From Somniosus microcephalus (taxonomy: Eukaryota), in contig CM126211.1 of NCBI GenBank assembly GCA_052327205.1, positions 90,334,001 to 90,398,000 on the forward strand: 64,000 bases of DNA, in the 5' to 3' direction. This document shows, piece by piece, positions 35,301 through 47,300 of this stretch. Position 1 is the first letter of the stretch. Every line of letters begins with the position of its first letter. The notes below the pieces were generated by a model. That model ran no database searches, was not told the DNA's origin, and saw only the letters and a list, made by a program, of their open reading frames with translations. Made by a program: the position numbers and the translations under genes.

Positions 35301-38300
35301 GAACTGGAATGTTCAGTGCCTGCAGCTTACTTCACCTGACAACAGATCCTGGGGTCAGATTCCACTGGTTGGCAAGACAGCAACTAAATGGCACAAACTT
35401 AGGATAATCACAATAAGAATTAAAGGGGAAGTTAGAAAAAAAACCTTTAGATGGAGGGTGGTAAGAATGTGGAATTCTCGGCTACCAACCTGTTGTTGAA
35501 GCAGAGTCCATGGCATAGATTTTGACTTTATACAATAGTGACCTCAATGGAAATAAAAATCCTGACAGATGTAAAACGGGCTGCCGATTCATTATTACCC
35601 ATTTTACACTATCGCACAAAGTCAAAATCTACCCCCATACATTCTTTAAAACGTGATTTTGTTGGTTGGAAAGGGTATCGGAATTGAGCAGGAGGGTGGG
35701 ATTAGATGAGGTGGCTTATGTGGAGAACAACATCGGTTCAGTCTTGATGAGCTGAATGACACGGGCCTGTTCTGTGCTGGAACATTCTATGATATCATTG
35801 TAAATGGAAATGATTTTCTGGATAGATTATATTTGATCCTAAATGGGATTAGATTTTATCTGAGTTCAATGGACTCTTCTGAAATCAACTTACCAGTGCA
35901 ACTGTAAGAGTGTTTGGACCTGGGCCAGTGAACAGATCTCTTTCTATGTTCCTGATCTGTTGCCTCAGCTCCAGCTGCTACGCTTGAATTTGTTGTCAGA
36001 CTACCACTTTCCATAGGTTTGACGAGTAACAACGCTAGTTTGGTGATTTTAAATCTGGCACTGTTATACTGAATTTGCACTAACACAATATAACAACACT
36101 AATGTATGACCAGTAGCCTATTAGAGGTTTAATTTTAAATAAAATATAGTCAGCACAGTCCCTTTAACTCCCACTAGATGCCTTTAGCATGTTAGACTGT
36201 ATTACAGTATTAAATAGCTTAATGACATCATTTAGACAGAAGGCTCGGAGGAGACTATTTCTATCCCTATAGCAGAAGTTCTGCATAAACTGTGAAGATC
36301 AAATCCTTGTGAAAATCTAGCTCTGAGTTTTCTGACTGTAGCAAATGATTACTGATTATTGATCACTGAACGTGATTGTCTCCGTAGATATTTAACATAG
36401 GCCATTATGTGAATGTGGCCTGTCTGTGATCAGCTACCTATCAGCATCTGATTTGCACTTGAACAATTACCGTTGGTATTTGGATCATCATCATCTTTTA
36501 TAGTTAGGGCATCAGGAATGAAATGGGACTCTATGTAAGAAGCCGATCCTATTTTTAGAGCTTGCTAGTGGCAGCCTAACCAAGGATCATGGATCACTCC
36601 TCCTTAGGGGCTATATTCTGGAAAAAAAAATCTGCAATCATCTTTTTTCTTCCTAGTTACCCTTCAAATTTTCAGTAACTGTAATATAGACTGCCACTTC
36701 ATTTTCTAAAGTGTTAAACAATTTAGTCTGAATATAGCAATTTATTTCTTTAGTTGGTTTAATCAAGATGATAGATTGATAAATTAATCTATCACAAAAA
36801 TCCTTACTGCTTGGGGGACAATCTTTGGTAGCTTTAAGGAATGACATTTTATTGTATAATTGGCTTCGAAAACTGCTAGTGGCCAATTTTGGAAGTTTCT
36901 CTTTGCAGAAAATTAGCCTAGATCCACAATTACCAGAATATAGTCGAGCTTCAAATGTGGAGCATTGAAGAGATGCCAGAAAAATGTGCAATATCCTTCC
37001 TGAAGCCTTACTGAGTTATTCTGCATTTGCATTCATAGGGTCAGGTGCCCTCTCTTCAGCATAGCCAATAAATACTTCAGCACTGATCCTAGGAGATAGA
37101 GTTTGCATGGTTCTTATTACAGACAAGAAAGCAGCACGGCAGAAGATTAGCTAGCTCTGTAAGCGGTTCAATTTTTTTTTCATGCAGGTTTGTGAGCAGT
37201 GTACTTGTAGTGGGCAGTCATTTGGCATGAAAGCAAATGATTTTTAATAGAAATAAACCCCCAAAGATAATGGCCGGAGTTTCCTGCAAGCTTGCACCAA
37301 AACATCGGCGTAATGCTCAAGTTTAGCACAAAAGATCGAGGAAATTCGAAGATTATACATCGGTTTTTAAACTACGCCCGCGTTGCCTCGATGTTTTGCG
37401 CAGATTCCATGAAACATCTGCCCTTATTAACATAGCTCCGCCCCCACACAAAACACCAACTTGCGCAAATTTCCTGCGTTTACACTGTTTTTTGCAGGCG
37501 TAGATTTAAGCCAAAAACATTCAGATGCAGCAAGGGCCAAAGTCACTATTTAGGGAGTTTTACAATTAAAAAAAAAAATCTTACTTCAATCTGTACTGTT
37601 CTATATCTTTGAATGCTTTTTCATGGCATCATAAAATGTTACGTTAAAAATTGAAAAGCTTCCACAATTTTATTTTTTTTGAACGTCTGATGTACATAAA
37701 TAATGGTTTGATGGCTTCAAACTTCAATTTTCATAGATAAGGAGGAACTTAATGAAAGAATATTGCATTAGTTCTGCACTTTCCTCAGGCCCCGACTGCT
37801 TACACTGATTTTGCTTGGTTTATGTTGGTTTTTACGATCCAGTGTATGCTAATGAGACAGGGGTAATTTGGCGTAAGTACTAATTGGCAAGATTGACGTA
37901 GAAATCGGCGTCTTTTGCAGCATATCTTTTGATTTGCACTGATCCAGGAAACTCCAGGCCGTAATAAATACAAGATCCCATCGCAAGCTGCACACAAGTC
38001 CTGGAATGACTGAGGCGCTCGCAACTCAAATCATTGTCGGCAAACCATAGGCCGTAAATCTCAAACCAAGCAAATTAGTTATTCACAAAATTCAAAGCCA
38101 GAGGGTCCCATTTCGGCTTGGCAAACTCAAGGCTGTGCTGTTTACACTGACTTACGAACATATTTTTAATCCATTTATTTCTATTAAATTTAGATTTACA
38201 AGTCATGTTGATATTACATTTCTAACCTACATCGCTGAGAGATTAAATGGAACCCATAACTATGTGAGGAAACAGCAGCAAACCTTTGCAGGTATGGTTG

Positions 38301-41300
38301 GACCTAGTTATAAAAGGTATGGAACAAAACCTTTCCAAGCAATGTTAATATATCAATGCACTCTTCCTACATTCACTGTATAATTAAATTGTAAAATGGC
38401 TTCGTGAAATATATGTGTGACTGTAAACTCTTGAAAATACTTTTTCTTTTAAATCGCACATAAAATGGTGAGAATTGGAATGATAACAAAATGAGTGGAA
38501 CAATAAAGCACTGTTTATGTCACCTCTATTATAAATAAAAATCTTGTCAAAACCAGTATGAAGAAAGCAGATAAAGAGATAAAGAAATACTCTCTGCTGC
38601 AATATTCTCTCACTTGTATAGTCATGTTCTCAGGTATCCTTTTCGCCAAAAGTAATTAGAAAGGGGCAGAGTAGCACTCTTTTTTATGAGAAAAAGCAGC
38701 TGGATTGCTTCACCTATCATGAAAAAAGATTCCAACAAGTATATTTGGAGCTTTCATCAAAAATGCCACTTTGATGTCGAAGATTTATAGTCCTTATATA
38801 AAAAAAAAATCAGAACTTTTATTGGCTAGCTATGGTTCCCAGTTATGGTTCCTCTTTTCTCTAGTTTGAAAGAACTGTGGGTTGGCAAAGGTGAAATAAC
38901 ATGAAGCAATTGAATCTGGAGAGACACCTACCCAACTGTCATGGAACCAGAACGTTAATGGATTGCTGTGGGTTTGTGATAAGAGTACAGGACTTCTGAG
39001 GAGATGCTGGACATTCGGAACCGAGGCTCTGATCCAGTCAGGTAGACCAACTGCAGTTTGTACAGAAAGGCAGCAGATGCTAGGCTCTTATAAAATATAA
39101 ACAGATCATAACTAGAAGTGAAAGCTGCCTTCTGATGAACTGTGTAGAGGGGCAAACAACTCCGCATGGGCTTCAATGTGCCTTCCTTAAGCAAAGTGCC
39201 TAAACATTCTAGGGCAAAGAAAGCCAGATGGATCTTAATGAAAGCATCACACAGGCATGGAACCAGCCTCCTGCTCTGATGGGGAAATGGGTCTGGACAT
39301 GATTCCAGCACTCTCAGCTCCTACAAGCTGCAGTCTGGCACAGGTCCCAAGTCCTACACTGTAAAGTGGTAGCGAGTGAAATGGCTCTGTGTTTACCTTG
39401 TTGAGTTACGATACAATTACTCCATACATCGACTGCCAACGGTTAGGATACAAATTAATTTCCAGTGGCGAGACAAAGAGACCTCAAAATCCAAAAGAAT
39501 GTACTTATATAAATCATTTATACAAATTAATATTGCAACAAGGATTATTCAGCAAGACAAAAATCAATTAATGTGGCTAAAGAAGTTAAACTATTAAATG
39601 CTCCTAGATAAACACAGACATTACTCCTCCTAAAATCCCACAAGACACTTTCTTAAATTGCTCTACTAAACCAAACTGTTTATTTTGGTGTGTTTATCTG
39701 CTTAATAAAGACCAAATGCTTGAAGCTAGATACTCACTGAGGGTTTTGGTTCTCTGAGATTAATGTTTGAAACCATTTGCATTTTACATTAAAGTCTTTG
39801 AATGGCAGGGTAATACTTAAAGTGGGCAGGGTATTCTCAGTACCACTTTTACTTGATGCTGCCTTCAACACTGAGAAACCCAGCTTTAAAACATGAATGA
39901 TCATTTCTGCTTTAAATACAAGAGTAAATTAGACATGAGCTAAGCCACAGTTTTTAAAGATTTATAACATTGTTCTTGGTACAAATAACAGTAAGAATTT
40001 TATATACTCTATGTGGATGATTTAAAAATGTACTGTACTGAATTGTTTCATATCAGATCACTTGCCAGAATAACATGTAAACTGTTTTACTGAAAGGTGA
40101 CTGGAGATTTTGGATACTGTAAATGCCAAGTTTAAACAGCTCTTTGTAACTGATAACATGCAGATGCTATCAACAACCCAAACTATACAGGTATCACACT
40201 CAAATCACCCATTTTGGGCTAAAAAAAAGGACCATCACTGATAGCATTGCCACAAACATAATTTTATCTCTGTTGTTTCCTTGACAAGACCATGGAGCAA
40301 TTGTGTGGAATGATATATTTGATGAGGATAATCAAACAGAGCTTTGGGGTTATTCTGTTGGTGATCATTGTAACCTTTGCTCCAAGGCTGTTCCAAGATT
40401 ATGGCAATTTCAAGTTGGCCTGCTAATAATAGGCACATACATGGATTTCAAGAAGGACTGGCTTTGATACTTATCGTGGCTTGCTCCCTGTTATAAAGCA
40501 AATACCTTGTGAGCTGCCCCTGACCAAACACAGTCAATAAGGTTAATGCAAAGGATGTGATTTGCTCAAAAGAGAAAGGATAGGTGTTACAATGTTTTCA
40601 AGCATCATACTGGGAAAAGGAACCTTTGATATTGATGAGTGAAGATTAAAGAGGACTTCGGAAAGAGGTTCCACAGTGGATGGTGAGTTAGTGCAGGAAG
40701 AATTCATCCAACCAGTCAAGAAATGCATTTCTCTGGAACTTCACAATTTTAACTTTCATGGTTTTAAATGTCTTTATTTTTGTTTAACAGAGAAAGGCAA
40801 ACAGTTACAGTCCAGGTGCTACTTAGACAAAGAAGATTGCATTTTCACCTTGCATTGATACTCTGGGGGGTTAAAGTCAAGGGGCTAATTTTCAGCTTTA
40901 ACATTCCCCTCACCGAGACTCACCCACCAGGAGCACAGATTGAGTCATTAAGCACAGTGCCCATGACTTTCCATCCATTGGCGGACCAATGCCCGGGTTC
41001 CCGATATGAGCCCCCTCAGCACACAAGACTCTGCCTGCAAGGTTGAAGATGAAAAGTAGCAGTAATCAGCTACTTACAATCCACACCCAACAATGATTAT
41101 TCATCATTTCTCATGCGCCACTGAATCAACATAAATGTGAGCAAAGTTTGTTCATCCTGCTATGGAGTGTGTAAACATAGTAGAAAAGGGCTGAAGGCCA
41201 GCAATGAAAATACTGATCTACCCATTAGACACTGCTTGTGCTTAGCTTCCCATTCCTCTTGTCAATACTCACATGCGGTAGATATAAGGAGATAAAAAAT

Positions 41301-44300
41301 TCCAATTCAGCCACTCCTGAGACATGCCAGGGAGCTCATATCACAAAATTGTACATTCAAGGCCTGTGATGTTCCATCCATTCATTTTAGTGCAGCATCC
41401 TGGCCTGGAAGTGTGCAAGTTTAAGATGTGCACTCCTGTTGTGGGCCAGGAGTGGTCACATCAGAATTTTTATCCAAAAATCATCCATTTTTGACTCTGG
41501 TAACTGATTCTAGATAACTGCCTTTTTGAATTTTAATATTTTAAGTGGCATAATTCATTTTTCAGCAAAAGTGCAATTTAAACCTTCATACACATTTTGT
41601 ATATTCAGTAATGCAACTTTAAGACACAAGGCCAGAAATGTCCTCAGATCTTATCCCGCCGTATTGCATAACTTCACTGGAGGTGCATTTAGAGCTGAAC
41701 CCTTTACTGTCCTTTTAGTGCCCTAGCAGAGAGGGAGACCTGGCTTAAAGGTCTCCATGCTGGTAAGAAACTGAATCTGCTTTCTATTTTCCCTGGATCT
41801 TCCTTCCCCTGTAAATGAAAATGTATTTGCATAACTAACTTGTATAAATAAATATTTTTAGCCATGTGTCTGGATATATAAAATTAATTATTTGCAATAA
41901 GGTCCCAGTCTCACAAACTGAATAAGTTACATTTGGTGTTTAGATGCCAAGGTTTTAAGCTACAGCTTTGAAACCTGGCTATACTAGGGACTCATCAGAA
42001 CAAATGCAATCAAGAGAGTAAGTGATGCAGAAGAAATAATTCAGAAGCTGCTGGATGGAATTAATGTATCACTAGACAATTACAGTGTGTTTTGTTATGA
42101 GAAAAGCACATTGAGAAATATATTAAAAATTAACTGATGTTAAATGATGTGAGGGGTTTAAATTTCTATATAATGGTGCAAATTAACTTATCGGAGTTGC
42201 TGTAGACTTGGAAGGTAATAGTTTATGAATTGTGAGAAAATACAATTGCTTTGAGTTCTAAAATGCTAGAAAATGCAGCAAATAAAGTGTCAACACACGT
42301 CATAATTTTCTGGGGAGAGGGAGAGGGAAGTTATACCTCAAGCCTTCCTAGAAAAGAAACCTCATTTTAATCCCTCACACCCCCTACCCCTGCACCCCCC
42401 ACCCCCACCCCCCACCACCACCTTCAGAAATCTCTATCTGCCACTGAGGAAAGTTGCCTTCAACATTGAATCAGCAAGCAGCAATTTGCTAACTGGCTTA
42501 TCAACATTTTTTGGAAGTTTTCTTTTGTTTAATTTCCTCTCTTCCCCCAGAGTATGTGAAATGTCTCATTTCTAGCTAACAGACTAAATCTATAACTATG
42601 CCTCCACCTGCATCTTTGATGATAATTCATCAGCAAATCTTTGATGAAATATGCCCCCTCTGTTCAGCTCAAAGATATCAAATAAAATACTCCCTTTTTT
42701 GATTTTTCTGCACAGAAGTAGAAGACTGAGTGATTTCTCCAATAACGTACTTCACAAGCACAAAATGCTTTTCCACCTACCTTTTTGCTAAGGTTCATTG
42801 ATCCATTTTTGGAATGCTAGGAATCGTCAGAAGTGCTAAACACAGACAAATTATCTGTTAGCGTTTCCGCCCCAGATTCCACCATTGTTCACGAACCTCT
42901 AAATTTGAATACATTGACCAAATGGAAGAATTTCAGCCTCTCAGTTTGCAATCTGGCAAAATGTTTACACAAATTGTTTTGTATTAATTTTCATTTTGAA
43001 CTACAGTTATACTACCATCTCTCTCCATGAGCAAATCAGAATATTCTAAACAGCTTGCTCTATCCATATTTGTAATTAACAGAGTGGCATTAAGGTTACA
43101 TGTCTTCTTGAGATTGTTTTGCCTTCAGGTAAAAACATTTGAAGCTCTGACATTGACTTAGTGAGTTTGTTCGACGAGTAGCTGGGACATACAGAACAAG
43201 AGGATCCCAACTTTGATCCTCAGCCTGTGCTGAGTTTGCTGATCCCAGTTGTAGTGCAGTTAAGGGTGCTGCAATTGGTTTCGGTGTCTCTGGGTTCGGG
43301 AGGGGGAAAAAAATCAGCCAGCTTCAAATCACCATCCATTGACACCCCCCCCCCTCCCCTGCCTGAGTGGACATTGGGTCAGGACAAATCAAGCTTGGCT
43401 ACTCACTGACAAGGCTCACAGGTGAATAATAGCCACTTGAGTGAGATACTGGAGGGTGAACAGCACTGAATTCTAGAAGGAGTCAATGCCTTCAGGAGAG
43501 GAGTGACAGGGAGGCAGTGGAAAAAACTGGTGAAGATTATTGGCAAAACAAAATGTGCCCAATTTTTCTCGACCTTTTTTTGCATGTGCAGAGTGACACA
43601 GAAACCTTGAAAACTCATCAGAACCTCATTAAGACTCTCACTAACAGAAGCTATTTGAAACCTGATTGTAAAAATGAATCTTCTTCAAGAAAATCACTTC
43701 TGTTATCATTTAAAAGTCCAAATCTGAAAACCTCCTTCCAAATGGCACAGAATGGATCTGTCCTGCTGATAAACTAACTAGCAGCCAATAAAACAGTTGT
43801 CACTTGCTTGCACCTGGAGAGACCCCAAGGTACTCCCAAAGCTCGGCTCCACTTGCCCTTTTATGCCAAAGCCTTTTCAGGATTGAGCACAGGTTCAAAA
43901 TTTAACCCTTTTCCAAATACAACTGGCTCTTGAAAAGCAAAAAAATTAAGAAACCATCTTGCTCATGCAGGGATTTCTAGCGTTCTCCCATCTCCACAAT
44001 CTCCTCTGTACAGAATTTAAATTCCTTTTATGAAAGATTGTGCATTTGTCATTTGATACTTCATTTAGTCTTTCTCCTGATTTCCTGAGACTGAGAGAAG
44101 GCCAGCTGGATATACTTATTGGGATCATGGTGGGAAATGGCTGGCTTGGATACTGAAGATCAGGCTAGTTCTGCTGGGTAAGAAGCAGCACTCGGAGGAA
44201 CATAGTTAACAGAGCAGTACAGGAACAATGTGGCTTGTTTATCTTTGCCTCTCTCATGGAGTGTGAGACCAAAGCCTGTGCCTGAAAGATGGCTGCATCA

Positions 44301-47300
44301 AAAGCGCTCTGTTTTCCTTTCAGATAACCTCACCCCACCAATCCTCCTGCGTTCTGTTGCTACTCAGCATGTTCCTGTCTGTGGCACAAATAGATGAAAG
44401 AAACAATCTCAAAGTGAGCTTAATCCGACCGAATAGCTGCTGCTGGGCCAGGAGTTTTTAAAAAAGCCTCCGAACTAACCCATGGTACAATCTGGGGCTT
44501 TAGGCATACAGGACTTCAATAAAGCCCCAAATTAAATCTACCTTTTTCATATTACACACAATGAATGAACAAGAACTGAGCAACTTTTCTTTACCATCCT
44601 CCATCCCAAGCCAAAAAATACAGGCCTTTTATATATCCTAATCCTAACCTGCTCTTATATAGTAAAATGCTCAATAGCTCTGAACACTGCTTCCCTCCTT
44701 TCCTTTTCAAATTACAATGATAGATGTGTCAGTTTGGACATGAACAAAATCTATATGTTGCCTTGGTAACCCCTGGTTCCTGCTTATATTTTGTATATAA
44801 AATAGGTGCATTTGCTGTACTATTTATCAGAAAGGAATAGACCGGTGGTTTCCTTTAGAAACGATCGGATTACTACAGCTGATTTCTTTGTGTCTGTTTA
44901 TTTCAATCGTGCTAGATCCGGCTCTTTCTATTCAGTCCCTTGATTTACATTACTGCTCTGATCTGCAGTGTAATCCTTTTATTGTCAATAACTTGAAGGC
45001 TGATTTCCTTTTAAAGAAGATTGTGTTATGGCTTTCTCTTAATTTTATATTCCACACTTGAAAGAGGTCTCTCTGAAGAAAACACATGGATGCATCTACA
45101 AAAAATATTGAATGTGTCAAACAAGTCAAATCCATATCAAAAAATATGCACATCAACATAGGGAAACTGGATGCAGTGGATGAAAGGTCATCAACCTGAA
45201 ACATTAACTCTGTTTCTCTCTCTCCACTGACGCTGCCTGACCTGCTGAGTATTTCCAGCATTTTCTGTTTTTATTTCAGATTTCCAGCATCCGCAGTATT
45301 TTGCTTTTGTGTTAGGGAAACTGGGTGCAGTTTTACTTTTGGAAAATATATAAACATTTCTCAATCCTACTTGAAGTTTAATTACAGAAAAAAAGAATGC
45401 ATTTAATTGACTTATTGTAGCTTGGGTCTGTAAGGATATTCAGGGGAGAAAACACATCCAAGGGAGATTATTACTTAACTCTCAGTGGTTCGGGGAACCT
45501 GTTTGTCAACTCTTCCGCTCTGCAGGTTTTGCACATAAATATCCAGCTTTGAGTGTGTTGAACTTTGAAATATAAAACCGCAACAAAAGGCTTGTGATAC
45601 ACACAGTACATCATGGTAGACCAGTTTATGAGGAAAAACCTCGACTTTATTGTCATTACCTATGTTTTTCTGGCACTACTTATGCACAAAATTATCCAAC
45701 ATCAAAAATACAGTTTTTGCCTGGCCTAACTTCTGCAATGAAGCCACAGAAGTTGCATTTTTCTTTGTTACTTTTCTCCTTTGTAAGCTAAAACAAATTA
45801 TAAGATGATCCGCACCCACACAAACACCATAATGTCTAGATTCCTTTAATATTGCATAATTTTAATCAACAATTTGATACATAAATTATATGGAAATCCC
45901 TCAAGATAAAAGAGGACAAAATAATCTCCTTTCCGATGAGAGCTCAACAGTCAAACGGCGCAACTGGACATATTTTCGTCCCTTAATGTATACAGATCTG
46001 CCTTACGGGACAATAAGCAATTGGGTGCACTACCTTTCCCACAATTGATCTGGAGGTAGATAGGATTGAGAAATAGGTTTGCATATTTGCCAAAATTAAA
46101 ATTCCTCAGGGGTTAAGCATGAGAGTGGGGGAGTAAAGTCTGGAGACAGGCTTCGCTTGATTTTTTTTTGCTTTAAGGCAGCTGAACCTTCTACATTATC
46201 ATGCAATTTTACAGGCAAGGACATGGGACACATACCACAACAATGCCACTGCTGTTAGCAAGTACAGGTTTGTTTTGTCATACTCCTTTAATTGGTATTT
46301 ACGACTTCTCTTAACATTCCCTGCTGATTCCCATGTACAGTACTTTGTAGCAATCTATTTTTATCAAATTATTGATTTCTTCATAGGAATGTAACAACTT
46401 AAAATTCTCCTGACAATAAAATATCAGCCTTGTTTTAATAAGCATAGCAGTACTTTCTAAAAGCAGACACAAATCGTCATGGAATTGGAGACCTGTCATT
46501 CAGTTTAAGAGCATTAAAGACATCAAGACAATTATGTACTGTTTTAAGTCTAATCACATACCCATCCTATCACATGCTGTTGTGACACCAGAAGGAGGGG
46601 GCAAAATTGCACCATTATGCATAAGCCGCGTTTCCTGGTTAATGGTGGTTCCTGCTGGAACACAACTAAAGCCTTCTCAATTTAAAAAAAAACAAGGCTC
46701 TTACTTCTATTGGTTCAATTTATCCATAGATATTCAATTTGTTTAATAGAATTTTGTGGAAGTGCACACATAAGGCATTTGTACTTATGCAAGATCTTTC
46801 TTCCTTTTTCCTCTTCCCAAATACTAAAACAAGATGTGCCCAGATATAAATGCAGTGCTTAATTCTAGGGCCTACTCAAAATGCAGTCAATATGTACCTG
46901 TTTACCTACAAATAAAGGAATGTTTAATACAATGAGACCAGTTTGTAGCACTGAATGATCTGCTTGAAAGGGCCCTAGTTCCTTTTCTCTCCAGTTTTGA
47001 AGAAGGGTCAAACCCGAAACGTCAACTCAAATTTCTCTCCACGGATGTTGCCTGACTTGCTGAGTTTTTCCAGCATTTTCTTTTGTTATTATGCTTGAAA
47101 GGGCTCATCAGTCCTATTTAATTTAAAACTGCGCTGACGCATAAGGTTAATCCTTGGGGCTAACTAATAGAGGTTTCCCCAAACTTAGTAACAGGACCCT
47201 ATAAATTCTCTCCTGAGATATTGCTCTATGAATGTGCAACATAATCATATCAAATTCCTATTTTAACAAAGGCATTAACCTGCTTATTTTATACAGTTTA

